In this document: positions 14,282 through 27,418 of the stretch, piece after piece
How the letters are laid out: every line of letters starts with the position of its first letter
Numbering within the stretch: position 1 is the first letter of the stretch
Source of the DNA: Mycoplasmatales bacterium
Lineage (GTDB): Bacteria; Bacillota_I; Bacilli_A; CBDATW01
Direction of reading: 5' to 3'
DNA length: 64,000 bases
Assembly: GCA_965226165.1 (NCBI GenBank)
Contig: OZ245334.1
Coordinates: 629,947 to 693,946 of the forward strand
Position numbers and translations under genes: made by a program
Notes under the pieces: model-generated
Database searches by the model: none
Told to the model about the DNA's origin: nothing
The model's input: only the letters and a program-made list of their open reading frames with translations

Positions 14282-16049
14282 ATTCAAAAAAACTTTCTTT
14301 TTTTATTTCATCAATAATACCTTTTTTAAAAAGCTCAATAGCTTTATTCTTTATATAATCTCATTCTTCCATCTGTTCAAGTGCCTTATAATTTGTTTCA
14401 ATATAAGCACTTGGGTGTCATTCCATTTTGTAATCTACTTCTTGTAAAAAACTAAAACCTTCTTCATATTTTAAGTATTTTAAATTATATAGTCATTTTT
14501 CTATAATCTTAGTAGTTTTGTTTGTTTTCATTCTCCCTATATGCTTTAGTACTTTAAAACCATCATCATCATAATTGCCAAAATAAGTTTTACCTTTGTG
14601 TGGTGAATGGGCCTTGAATATTAAGATAATTGTTTCAACTCCAACATCTTTAAATAAATTTTTAGGCATTTTTAAACTTGCTAGTAAGGTGTGACTTTTC
14701 AATACTTTTTCTTTTTTTAAAATATATTCTTTTTTTGAATTAACTCCAACACTAGAAGAAACTATTGCAGCAACTTTACCCCCTACTTCTATTTGATCTA
14801 AAGTGTTTTTTATAAAATCTAATTGATCTTCAGGCCCTCCATCATATGGAGGATTTAACAAGCCGTGTGTTGGTTTTTTTAACATAATTTCATTTTTAAC
14901 TTGCTTTGAAAAACAATCTCCATTAATTAAATTGCTTTTGCCATCTCCATGAATTACCATATTTATTGCTACTGCTGTAAACATTGTGTTTCTTATTTCA
15001 ACACCTATAAGTTGAGTTTTTTTAATTTTGTCTTTTTCTTTAAAGTTAGTTGTGTTTGTTAGCATTTGATTCATAGCAGCGACTAAAAAAGCCCCTGTTC
15101 CACAACAAGGATCTAAAACAACACTGTTTTTATTAATTTCAATTGCTTCAACCATAAATTTTGCTATATGAGGCGGTGTTAAAACTAAGCCTTTTTTTTG
15201 ATCACCTCTTGCATATCTTATAAATTCATTGTAAAACTCTGCCAGAACATCAAAATAATTATTTTGAAAATATGGTTTTACTTCGTCATTAATTCTAATT
15301 AGAAAATCTTTTAAAATATTATTAGGTACTTCTTTTTCTTTATTTTTTTTATCAACTCTAGTTTCTTTAGTAAAAATTTTTTTTTCAATATTTTTTAAAC
15401 TTTTTAAAATTTCTTTAATATTTTTTTCTTCTATTTCACTTTTTTTTAATTGTTGCTTACAACTAGTTAATACATTTTCAACAAGTCCTTCATTATTTTG
15501 CGGAATATGATCTTTTAAAGTGTTTGCAAATGATTCTACTTGTAAAGAAAGGATAGCCGCGCTAATTAAAGATAACCTTTCGCTTTCATCAATAGAAAAA
15601 TTTTGCAAATAATTATTTATTTCTTTTGCTACCTTTTTTAATGATTTGATGTCTGGTTTAGGTAAAAAATAATTATTAATTTCTTTTTCAGAAGGCATTT
15701 CTTCAAATACAATTTTGTTTTGTATAATTGTTTTAGAAATGAAATTATTTTCTTGTCCTGCAATTGCAATTGCAACAATTTGATTATATTTAGAATTTAA
15801 GTGTTGGGAATAATTTTGAACTTCTTTTATTGCTTTTTGTATTTTTTTAGCTAAGTTTTTACATTCAATAACTATTATTCTATTAGGCTTATTTATAAAT
15901 TTAATTAAATAATCTGGCCTCCCTATATTGCCGGGTATATTTTTACTTGCTCCTTTGATTTTGGGATGCCTAAGAATTTCAATTTGATCTATTTTAAAAT
16001 TTTTTTTCAAGTAGTCTTCTACTATTTGTTCTGTATTTCTTTCATTCAT
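14262..16049 (-). CDS. fused PD-ExK endonuclease / gamma-class N6-adenine DNA methyltransferase (BcgIA-like type IIB R-M subunit, 595 aa)
   Basis: The N-terminus has GRPDYLIKF...RIIVIECK (PD..ExK). Methyltransferase motif I is VLDPCCGTGAFL and motif IV is LLNPPYDGG. The track ORF ends at a TGA. Read as Trp, it adds 76 more codons, and the extended ORF overlaps the S-gene start by 20 nt. Confidence 0.8.
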
Positions 16050-16073
16050 TTATATAACACACTATTAAAAAGC

Positions 16074-16104
16074 ATTATATATATATATATATATTGAATG
16101 TCAA
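16074..16104 (-). promoter_or_regulatory. sigma-70-type promoter of the R-M operon with a (TA)9 spacer
   Basis: On the minus strand: TTGACA (16099..16104), a 19-nt spacer made of ttcaa plus most of (TA)9, then TATAAT (16074..16079). This lies 24 nt upstream of the ATG at 16049. Confidence 0.55.
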
Positions 16105-16140
16105 TTTTAAATAAGTAGAATTTTTAAAATATCTATATTT

Positions 16141-16981
16141 TTAATTTTTTATTAATTTATTTTTTTCTTCAATGAAATAAAAAATTTCATCATTATATTT
16201 ATCGTCAGATAATATTTTCAAGTTCTTGTCACTTAATTTTTCTATTTTGTTTTTTGATATATTATGAAATTTATTATATCCTCTTATAACTTTTAAACAT
16301 TTTCAAATTCCTGGTTCTTCAAATGTAATATAATTTAATTCAAATAATTTATCATGTAAGATACACAAGACTAAACCATTGTTTGGGCTTGTTTTTTCTT
16401 TGCCCTCGCTTTTAGATCAAGGTAAAATGTGTGAAGCTATTAATAATCTCTTCTCTTCTTCTTTTCTCCCAATTCCACAAACTGCACATATTTTATGTTT
16501 ATCTTTCAGTCTTTTAGCTCATTTTGTGTGGTTTCTTCTTGTTTTTACATAACTTGAAACCCATCTACCTTCATCAACTGGCTTGTTGTCTTCATCATTT
16601 TTAAAGTTTTTTTCAGTTTCCTTGTTTATTTCTTCAAATGTTTTTTTAGAATCACTATTTCTTAAAGGATGTTTTTTTAAAAATTGTTTATACTTTAAAA
16701 CATTAATGTGTTGTTTGTAATTTTTAAATAACGTATATACCCCCCCCCTGATAATTAAATAAATAAATTCCTTTGTGTGATTTAATATTTCCTTTTTGTC
16801 TTTTTGAATAAATTAAGAGAACATTACAATCAACACTTCATTTTGGTGTTTTTGTTTTTAAATTTAATTGATTATATCTTTGAGATGCTTTTTGAATTAA
16901 AATATCTTTGGTCAATTGTTGTCTATTTTCTAAAATTTGAACAACATTAAAAACTTCTTTTGCTTTTATTAATTTTTTCAT
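16141..16981 (-). pseudogene. HNH (HNH_2-type) endonuclease, reading frame broken at a poly(G)9 tract (phase-OFF or pseudogene)
   Basis: The N-terminal 85 codons (MKKLIKAKEVFNVVQILENRQQL...) end just after the G9 run. The rest lies in the next frame and includes KICAVCGI...LLIASHILPWS...NNGLVLCILHDKLFE. Total length is 841 nt, so 8 or 11 G would restore the frame. Confidence 0.65.
16740..16748. repeat. homopolymeric C9 (G9 on the coding strand) tract
   Basis: The run is ...tatatac ccccccccc tgataatt. It is the only long G/C run I saw in this very AT-rich window. Confidence 0.8.
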
Positions 16982-16983
16982 TT

Positions 16984-17763
16984 TTAAATATTAAAAACCT
17001 TTCTTACATTTTTTAAAACTTGTTTAGTTATTTTTTTATTTCTTATTTCTTCAAGTTTATTATATGTGTGAACTATGTGGTGGGGGTAGTTTATTTTACC
17101 TCTAAAAGGTTCAGGAGTTAATAAAGGTCCATCTGTTTCACACAATAATCTATTTAAAGGAGTAATTTTTGCTGCTTCTTTTATATCTTCTACTTTCTTT
17201 TTAAAAGTAATAATTCCTGAAAATGATAAATAACAATTTAATGCTAAAAATGCTTTAGCTATTTTAGCATTATAAGTAAAACAATGAATTATTACTTTTG
17301 GAGGATTATATTGTTTAATAATATCTATAGTTTCTTGAGCAGCATTACGAGAATGAACTATTAATGTTAAGTTATATTTAATAGCTAACTCTACTTGTTT
17401 AATAAATCATTTAGTTTGAACTTCTTTACTAGGATTGTTTTCATAATAAAAATCTAATCCACATTCACCAATAGCTTTAATTTTATTTAAACCATCTTTT
17501 TTTTGATCATTAATAATTAGTTCTTCTAGTTTATTGATGTCTTCATCTTTCATTTTATTTACTTCTGATGGATGGACACCAATTGCTGCATACATAAAAT
17601 CATATTTATATGTTTGTTTAACTACTTCGCTAGCTTCAAAATGTGATGCTGAAACATTAATAATTCCAACCACATTAGCATCTTTTGCTTTTTGAATTAT
17701 TAAGTCATGATTTTCATCTTTATATTGTGAGTCATTTAAATGAAAGTGGGTGTCAAAATACAT
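16984..17763 (-). CDS. tatD: TatD-family metal-dependent DNase/hydrolase
   Basis: Starts MYFDTHFHLND.... Track ORF 17407..17763 extends in frame through TGA to the TAA at 16984 (780 nt). Confidence 0.85.
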
Positions 17764-17962
17764 TATTTTGCTCCTTTAAATATTTTTTATTTAGTTTTAT
17801 TGTTTGTTTTTTTTATCATTGTTCTACTATATTTATCTTTACCTTTAATTTTTAATTTTGTTTTTTAACCTTTTATGATTTTTATTATATCTTTTTTTGT
17901 TTTTGATTTTATCTAATAACATTTTTTGCCTGGTTGTTGTGGTCAAAACTGGTTGGTGCTTA

Positions 17963-18250
17963 TTAAATGTTTGTTTTTTTACAAAGCAAAACAAAAGAAT
18001 AATGAGGTTTGTAATAGCCACTGCCAGCAGAACTTTGGAAATGCGTAACAATACAATTGTAGTTTTGGGTTATATATTTAATCTCAATATTTGCTTCTTT
18101 AATGCTTAAAAACTCAAACACAAGGTTATGATAAAAGTCACCCTCATCAACAACATCTTTATAATTTAATTGGGTAGATATTTTTGGGTTTGTTTGTGTT
18201 TTATTACAACCACTTAATAAAATAGTTGAAATAAATAATATTTTTTTCAT
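17963..18250 (-). CDS. putative lipoprotein (95 aa)
   Basis: MKKILFISTILLSGCNK carries a lipobox (LLSGC). It ends at a genuine TAA stop. Confidence 0.55.
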   Translation of the reverse strand: MKKILFISTILLSGCNKTQTNPKISTQLNYKDVVDEGDFYHNLVFEFLSIKEANIEIKYITQNYNCIVTHFQSSAGSGYYKPHYSFVLLCKKTNI

Positions 18251-18277
18251 TTGTTCTCCTTAAAATTTTTTATTTTG

Positions 18278-18541
18278 TTATCCAGAGCCTGATTTTGTTA
18301 CTTTTCAAATAAACAATAATGCACCCAAAGTTAAATAAAGAAAATTGTTTATAATTAACAATTTAATAATTCAAATTTTAAAATTGTTTTTGTTGACAAA
18401 AGTATTTTTAAAAAGAATGTAAAAGAAAAAACTTAAAAAAATTAAAAATATATTTAAAAATAATAAGGTACCTAATAAAATTTCAAGCCTAATATATGGT
18501 GTGCTGATGTAATCTAGATCATTTAAAAAAATGTTTTCCAT
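18278..18541 (-). CDS. hypothetical small membrane protein (87 aa)
   Basis: Hand translation: MENIFLNDLDYISTPYIRLEILLGTLLFLNIFLIFLSFFFYILF... with two TGA=W codons. Confidence 0.35.
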
Positions 18542-18555
18542 TATTTTTTCCTAAA

Positions 18556-19473
18556 TTACTTTCTAAAAGGTTTGTTGACCTCTTTTTGTTTCTTTTCTTG
18601 ATAAACAATGTATTTATGCAAAACTACTGATTGCAAGATTGTAAAAATTGGTGAAACAGTAAAATAAACTAAAATTGAGATTGGTGAACTATAAGCAATA
18701 AAAAACATCATTACTGGAAAAATATAAGCTAGGGTATCAGCTGGATTTTTTCCTTGAATTGCTCGATTACCTTTTTTACTACGCTTATTAGAAAGTCACA
18801 TTGGCATTTTAATTGAAACAAATTGAGTAATTACAAGCAAAGCAACAGCAATGATAATTGCTGTATTAAATCCAGCTTGACTAGTAATTGATCCAGCATT
18901 AACTCCTAATAAATCAAATTGTTTAATATAAGTATTATCTTTTACCGCTGCATATATTCCCATAAAAAGTGGTAATGAAACTAAAAGGGTTGAAAACAAA
19001 GCAAAAGGATTAATTTGGTGTTTTTTAAAGACTTTTTGAATTTCTTGTTGTTTAGCAAACATTGAAAGGCGATCTTTTTTTTGGGCATATTTAGCATTAA
19101 TTGCCGTTAATAAGGGTTGAATTTCTTTCATCTTTTCCCCTTCAATGGTCGCTTTAAAAGAAAATAAAAAACCAACAATCCGGTTAATTACAGTAATTGA
19201 AACAATAGCAATTAAAGTTGAACTAGTTAATTGGTGAACTAAAATAATCGCTCTTGACATTGGATAAACAAATAACCCATGAAATAAAGAAATCTTATTT
19301 AGATCACTAAAAGTGGATGTGTCAGTAATAGCTATATCCTTATTATTTAATTGAAAACATCCAGTAAAAAAGATAATAGTTAGGGTTAAATAAAAAATTG
19401 TTTTTAATCTTTTTAAGATACTAACAGGTTTTGGTTGGTTTTCATTACTATCTAAAGATTCATATGGATTCAT
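18556..19473 (-). CDS. yidC: membrane protein insertase YidC/Oxa1 family
   Basis: Track ORF 18796..19473 extends through TGA to the TAA at 18556. Its position after rnpA-rpmH is typical. Confidence 0.85.
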
Positions 19474-19477
19474 AAAT

Positions 19478-19810
19478 TTATTTCCTTTCTAGGGTTTTAA
19501 TTAGTGTTTGTAACTTTTGATGATTATTTCAAAACTTTTTGTTTTCATAATGTAGTGTTGGAATAATTACTAGATCATAATTAAAATTAGTAAAGTCAAT
19601 TAAAAGATGCATTGTTGCTTTGATTTGTCTTTTAATATAGTTTCTAATTACTGCATTACCTCTTTTTTTACTAACGGAAATGCCAATGCGACAAAATTTT
19701 TCTTGTTTGCTTTGATAATAAATTCGAAATTCTTTATTACTAATCTTTAATCCTTCTTTCATTATCTTATGAAATTCAACATTTTTTAAAAGGCGGTATT
19801 TTTTTTTCAT
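19478..19810 (-). CDS. rnpA: ribonuclease P protein component
   Basis: Starts MKKKYRLLKNVEFHKIMKEG.... It extends through one TGA to the TAA at 19478 and lies downstream of rpmH. Confidence 0.85.
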
Positions 19811-19827
19811 TATCTAAATAATAAAAA

Positions 19828-19962
19828 TTATGGAGTTAATCTTTTTCGACCCTTTAAGCGGCGATTTGATAAAATCTTTTGTCCACTTTTACTACTCATC
19901 CTTGCTCTGAAACCATGAGTTTTTTTAGTTTTGCTTTTATTGGGTTGAAACGTTCGCTTCAT
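19828..19962 (-). CDS. rpmH: 50S ribosomal protein L34
   Basis: Hand translation: [44 protein letters not shown]. Confidence 0.9.
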   Translation of the reverse strand: MKRTFQPNKSKTKKTHGFRARMSSKSGQKILSNRRLKGRKRLTP

Positions 19963-20095
19963 AACACAAGACCTCCTTAACAAAGTTTATTATATATTAT
20001 TCCCTATTCTTATACAATTTATTGAAAAAAAATATTTTTTTACCTAAAAAAGTTTTTAACATATTTTGGTCTTTTTTATAATGGCTTTATAAAAG

Positions 20096-20205
20096 TTTTC
20101 CACATTTTTCCCCACTATTTTTTATAATATTTTTTTTATATGTTAATATAGTGTGGAAAACTTGTTAATATATTATTGAATAAAGACATTTATATATGTG
20201 GAAAA
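20096..20205. promoter_or_regulatory. oriC-type DnaA-box cluster upstream of dnaA
   Basis: TTTTCCACA occurs at 20096..20104. Its reverse complement TGTGGAAAA occurs at 20152..20160 and 20197..20205. All lie in the AT-rich rpmH-dnaA spacer. Confidence 0.6.
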
Positions 20206-20292
20206 CTTAAAACACAAGAAAAAAAGTTGTTGTTTTTTTATTATTAAATGGGTAATATAAGTGTTGAAAATAAGAAAAAGGATAAGACTATA

Positions 20293-21657
20293 ATGAATAT
20301 AGCAAATCAGACTTTTTGGGAAAGTTTAAAAAATGATGTTATAAAAGAATTTGGCGAAGAAATTTATGACACTTTTTTTATGAATTCTAAATTTGACAGT
20401 CTTGATAATGATAAATATAGTGTAGTTGTAAAAAATCAGTCAGTAAGAGTTGTTTTTAATGATCATTTTAAATTAAAAATTGAAAACATCATCTTTAATA
20501 AATCAAAACAAAAAGTAAATTTTGAACCTTTTTGTGTTGAAGGAGAGAGTCCAGAAAAAATTAAAGCCTTAAGGCAACAGAGTTGGTATGAAGATTATAA
20601 ACCATTAAAAAATTATCTTTTTGATAACTTTGTTCCTGGTGATTCTAATCTTAAAGCTTTAAAATCAGCACAATTAATGACTTCAAATCCTTCTTTAAAT
20701 ATTAATCCTTTATTTATATATGGGGATTCAGGTCTTGGAAAAACCCATTTATTAAATGCAATTGGTAATGACTTTTTAAAACAAAACCCAAATTTAAAAG
20801 TGGTTTATATTTCTGCTTATGATTTTATTAATGGATATATTTCAGCACTAGGACACATTAATTGGCGTAATCAATCATCATTAAATGATTTTACAACCAA
20901 CTTTTTAGAAGCTGATGTTTTATTGCTTGATGATGTCCAAAGTTTTAATTCTAAAGTTGAAACTTCAGAAACATTTTTTAATATTTTTAATCATTTAGTT
21001 AATCATAACAAAAAAATCATTATTGCCGCTGATAAAGCACCTCACCAATTAAAAGGAATTGAAGAACGTTTAATTACAAGATTTAATCAGGGATTAAGTG
21101 TTCCTGTCTTAAAACCAGGTAACGCCCTAGCAAAAGCTTTTTTAAATAAGCGTTTAGAAATTTGTTTTAAGGATAGTCCAGAATTAATCATTACTGATGA
21201 AGTGATTGATGTTTTTGCCACTAATTTTGGAACAGACTTTCGTACCTTAACTGAAGTCATAAATAGTTTATCTTTACAGGTAACAATTTTTCCTACGCAA
21301 AAAATTGATTTAGACTACATTAAAGAACATTTAAATGACAAGATTCAAAACAAGACTAAAAAGTCATCAAGAGACATTCTTGAATATGTTAGTGAATATT
21401 TTCAAATTAGTGATTATAATCTAATTACAGGATCAGGAAGAAAAAAAGAACTAGTTTTGGCAAGAAATTGTGCGGTTTGATTAATTAGAACTTATACTCC
21501 TCATAATTCATATAAACAAATCGGGAATATTTTTAATGGTCGAGATCACACCACAATCATGCACTCATATAAAAAAATAAAAAAGGAACTAGAAAATAAT
21601 AAGGAAATGAAAAAAATTATTAATGATATTGAAAAGAAGGCAATGTTGAAAACTTAG
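20293..21657 (+). CDS. dnaA: chromosomal replication initiator DnaA
   Basis: Contains GDSGLGKTHLL (Walker A). The C-terminal DNA-binding part follows one TGA (..RDHTTIMHSYKKI..). An alternative upstream ATG lies at 20248. Confidence 0.9.
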
Positions 21658-21664
21658 GAAAACT

Positions 21665-21673
21665 TGTGGATAA
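21665..21673. promoter_or_regulatory. consensus DnaA box (TTATCCACA, reverse orientation) between dnaA and dnaN
   Basis: The sequence is tgtggataa, immediately after the dnaA stop. Confidence 0.5.
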
Positions 21674-21772
21674 AAAAAGCCTATTTTGTCAGTCTCATAA
21701 AGACAACTTAAAAGTTATTCCCTATTATCCCCAAGATAATAATAATAATCAAAATAAAAAAAGGAAAATAAG

Positions 21773-22894
21773 ATGAAAATAAAAATTAAAAGAAAAGAAT
21801 TAGAAAAAAAGATTACTAAAATCAATTACCTTATCACTTCTTCAAATACCATTACTTTACCAATTTTAAAAAACATTAAAATGGAAGTATTACCAGAAAA
21901 AATTATCTTATATGGATCTAATAGTTTTAGTTCAATTAAAGTTGAAATGAAACAAGATGCTAATGTTTTAGAAATTGAAAAAACGGGTTCAATTCTTTTA
22001 CCACTAAAATATATTGTTGAGTTAGTGAGGAAGATTGATGGAGAATTTATTTTTATTGAAAAAAAGGAAAACCAAACTTTAGAAATTAGGGATTCTAAAT
22101 CAGAATTTATTATCAATACATGGGATGAAGTAGCTTATCCGAGTTTAATTTTTGATATTAAGGGAACAGAAATGACTTTTGATCCCCAAATTGTTGAAGC
22201 GATTAATAATGAAGTAGTTTTTGCAGCTGATAATGATTTATACCAACAAAATGAAACTTTAAGAGGGATCAATTTTATTTCTGATAAAAAAAAGATGCGC
22301 TTTACGGCGACAAATAGTCATCGTTTAGCAATGAGGACAATTGCCCAAAGTGATAAAGAAATTAATGTCACCTTACAGCCCCAAGTTTTTAAAGTGTTTA
22401 ATAAAATTTTTGATCATAAAAACCCAATTAAAGCTTTTATTTCAGAAAATAAAATAATTTTTAAAGAAAAAGAAGATGTTATTCAATTTCAAAACAAACA
22501 AGGACAATATCCTGATGTTTTAAAAATTGTTCCAGAAAGTGCAATTATTTCTCTTATCATCAATCGTCAGGAATTAATCAAAGCACTAGAACGAATTAAT
22601 TTAATTTTGGAAAGTAGTGATAAAAAAGTGAAGATGACAATTGAAGACAACAAAGTTCAATTAGCTACAACGCAAAACCAATCAGGTTCAGTTTTAGAAC
22701 CAATTGAAAACTTTACAAAAAAAGGTCAAGATATTGAATTTATTTGTTCAACAAATTACCTTTTAGATAGTTTAAGATCATTTAAAACTCCAGAAGTTAA
22801 ATTTGAAATTAATACTAGTACTAAACCAGTTTTAATTTCAAATAATAAAGATAAAGAATTAATTCATTTAATAATGCCAATTAGAAGCATTTAA
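21773..22894 (+). CDS. dnaN: DNA polymerase III beta sliding clamp
   Basis: Intact 373-aa ORF directly after dnaA. It ends ..LIMPIRS. Confidence 0.9.
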   Translation: MKIKIKRKELEKKITKINYLITSSNTITLPILKNIKMEVLPEKIILYGSNSFSSIKVEMKQDANVLEIEKTGSILLPLKYIVELVRKIDGEFIFIEKKENQTLEIRDSKSEFIINTWDEVAYPSLIFDIKGTEMTFDPQIVEAINNEVVFAADNDLYQQNETLRGINFISDKKKMRFTATNSHRLAMRTIAQSDKEINVTLQPQVFKVFNKIFDHKNPIKAFISENKIIFKEKEDVIQFQNKQGQYPDVLKIVPESAIISLIINRQELIKALERINLILESSDKKVKMTIEDNKVQLATTQNQSGSVLEPIENFTKKGQDIEFICSTNYLLDSLRSFKTPEVKFEINTSTKPVLISNNKDKELIHLIMPIRSI

Positions 22895-22974
22895 ATAATG
22901 ATTTTTTGGTTGAAATTTAAGGCCTTTTAGTGTAAAATTATTTTTAGTTTATAAATAATAAAGGGAACTTTTAT

Positions 22975-24912
<1,938 letters not shown>

Positions 24913-24923
24913 GGAAATTTAAA

Positions 24924-27407
24924 ATGGATATAAATGATAGATTAAAAAATATTGATATTGTTGATGAAATGGAGAACTCATTTCTTGATTATGCAATGTC
25001 AGTTATTGTTTCAAGAGCGTTGCCTGATGTTAGAGATGGTTTAAAACCAGTGCATCGTCGCATTTTGTTTGCTATGAACCAAATTTCTAATCATAGTGAT
25101 AAACCTTATCAAAAATCAGCAAGAACAGTGGGAGAAGTTATTGGTAAATATCACCCCCATGGTGATTCATCAGTTTATGATGCAATGGTAAGAATGGCTC
25201 AAGATTTTTCTTATCGATATGAACTTGTTGATGGTCATGGTAACTTTGGTTCAGTTGATGGAGATCGTGCTGCTGCAATGCGTTATACTGAAGCAAGAAT
25301 GTCAAAACTAGCAATGTTTTTAGTTTCAGACATTAATAAAAAAACTGTTGATTTCCAGGATAATTATGATGGTAAGGAACAAGAACCAAGTGTTATGCCT
25401 GCTAAATTTCCTAATCTTTTAGTTAATGGAGGAACAGGGATTGCCGTTGGAATGGCAACCAATATTGCTCCTCATAACTTAGGAGAAGTAATTGATGCTC
25501 TGTTACACTTAATTGATAATCCAGAAATGACTCTTGAAGAAATCATGGAACATATTAAAGGGCCAGATTTTCCTACAGGAGGAATAACTCTTGGAATTGG
25601 TGGCATTAAAAAAGCTTATGAAACTGGTAAAGGATCAATTATTACCAAAGCCAAAGCAGAAGTAATTACTAATAAAAATAATCGATCAAGCATTATTATT
25701 ACTGAGATTCCTTTTCAAGTTAATAAAGCTAAAACTTTAGAAAAAATTGCTCAACTGGTAAGAGAGAAACTAATTTTAGGGATCTCAGAAATTAGAGACG
25801 AATCTAATCATGAAGGTTTAAGAATTGTTTTAGAAATTAAAAGAGATTATATTCCAGAAATCATTTTAAATAAACTTTATAAGCACACCAATTTGCAAGC
25901 TTCTTTTTCTTTTAATAATGTTGTTTTAGTTCATGGTGAACCAAAAAGAATAAATCTTAAAGATACTTTATCTCTTTATTTAAAGCACCAAGTAGAAGTT
26001 ATTACCAGAAGAACAAAATTTGATTTAGATAAAGCTAATAAAAGAATTCATATTTTAGAAGGTTTAGCAATTGCCACAGCTAATATTGATAAAGTAGTAG
26101 CAATTATTAAAGAATCTAAAGATCCCCAAGTAGCAAGAATAAACTTAATTAATGAATTTAATTTAAGTGAAATTCAAGCTAAAGCAATTTTAGAAATGAA
26201 ATTAGCAAGATTAACGGGACTAGAAAGACAAAAACTTTTGGATGAAATTAAGAGTTTAGAAGCAGAAATAGCCAAATATAAGGCAATTTTAGATGATAAG
26301 GTTAAATTACACCAAATTATTAAAAATGAGTTAATAATGATTAAAGATAAGTTTGGTGATAAGAGAAGAACAAAAATTGATATTCATGCTTCCCTTTCAA
26401 TTGATGATGAAGACTTAATTCCTAAAGAAAAAATTATTATTACCCTTTCTAAAGAAGGATATGTAAAAAGATTAGTTGCTAATACTTATAAATCCCAAAA
26501 TCGTGGTGGTAAAGGCATTAAAGGTCAGGATATTGTTGAAGAAGATAGTGTTTACAAGATGCTTGTAACTAACACTCATAGTGATTTATTGTTCTTTAGT
26601 GATAAAGGAAAAACTTATCGCATTAGAGCTCATAAAATACCAGTTTATTCAAGACAAGGAAAAGGAATGCCCATTATTAATCTTTTAGAAATTGAAAAGG
26701 GTGAAAAAATTAAAGCCCTACTTTCTTTAAATGAATATAGCGATCAAACTTATTTCTTCTTTGCAACTGAAAAAGGCTTAGTTAAAAAAACAAAGTCTTC
26801 TCTTTACCAAAGAGTTTCAAGAAAAGGGAAAATTGCTATTGCATTAAGGGATGATGATAATTTATTAAATGTTAAATTAACTAATGGCAATGATAATATT
26901 TTAATTGGTAATTCTAATGGAAAAGTGATTCATTTTAATGAAAAAGATGTTAGAGCATCAGGTAGAAAAGCTTATGGTGTTAAAGGGATGAATATTGATG
27001 GTGGTAAAATCATTGCCTTTGTTAAAACTAATCCTGACTTATCAGGTTATTTGTTATCAGTTTCATCAAAAGGAACTGGGAAACTAACCAAAATTAGTGA
27101 ATATCGTAAGATTAAGCGTGGTGGTAAAGGGGTTAAAAGTCTTAAGATCACTAATAAAACAGGGCAACTTGTGGGAATTTTAGGACTTAATGGTGATGAA
27201 GAATTGCTTTTAATGTCAAGTAAAGGAATTATTATTAGAGTTAGAGCTAGTGAAATAAGTCGAATTTCAAGAAACACCCAAGGGGTTAAATTAATGAATT
27301 TGCAACCTGGTGAAGTTGTTAAAAATGTAGTTGTTGTTAATAAACCAGAGCAAGAACAAGAAGAAAACAAAGAAAAAAATATTGATAACACTCATAATAT
27401 GAATTAG
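24924..27407 (+). CDS. gyrA: DNA gyrase subunit A
   Basis: Intact 827-aa ORF with AMRYTEARM (active-site Tyr region). Confidence 0.95.
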   Translation: MDINDRLKNIDIVDEMENSFLDYAMSVIVSRALPDVRDGLKPVHRRILFAMNQISNHSDKPYQKSARTVGEVIGKYHPHGDSSVYDAMVRMAQDFSYRYELVDGHGNFGSVDGDRAAAMRYTEARMSKLAMFLVSDINKKTVDFQDNYDGKEQEPSVMPAKFPNLLVNGGTGIAVGMATNIAPHNLGEVIDALLHLIDNPEMTLEEIMEHIKGPDFPTGGITLGIGGIKKAYETGKGSIITKAKAEVITNKNNRSSIIITEIPFQVNKAKTLEKIAQLVREKLILGISEIRDESNHEGLRIVLEIKRDYIPEIILNKLYKHTNLQASFSFNNVVLVHGEPKRINLKDTLSLYLKHQVEVITRRTKFDLDKANKRIHILEGLAIATANIDKVVAIIKESKDPQVARINLINEFNLSEIQAKAILEMKLARLTGLERQKLLDEIKSLEAEIAKYKAILDDKVKLHQIIKNELIMIKDKFGDKRRTKIDIHASLSIDDEDLIPKEKIIITLSKEGYVKRLVANTYKSQNRGGKGIKGQDIVEEDSVYKMLVTNTHSDLLFFSDKGKTYRIRAHKIPVYSRQGKGMPIINLLEIEKGEKIKALLSLNEYSDQTYFFFATEKGLVKKTKSSLYQRVSRKGKIAIALRDDDNLLNVKLTNGNDNILIGNSNGKVIHFNEKDVRASGRKAYGVKGMNIDGGKIIAFVKTNPDLSGYLLSVSSKGTGKLTKISEYRKIKRGGKGVKSLKITNKTGQLVGILGLNGDEELLLMSSKGIIIRVRASEISRISRNTQGVKLMNLQPGEVVKNVVVVNKPEQEQEENKEKNIDNTHNMN

Positions 27408-27418
27408 GAGTTGAAAGT

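Noticed and set aside
17845-18051. 68-aa ORF (MLRISKVLLAVAITNLIILLFCF...) overlapping the 3' end of the lipoprotein gene in another frame.
   Set aside because: I cannot decide between it and the lipoprotein C-terminus from sequence alone. The lipoprotein ORF has a lipobox and a clean TAA stop, so I kept that call and did not annotate the overlap.
27408-27418. T-box or other leader upstream of serS.
   Set aside because: Only 11 nt separate gyrA and serS, which leaves no room for a riboswitch leader.
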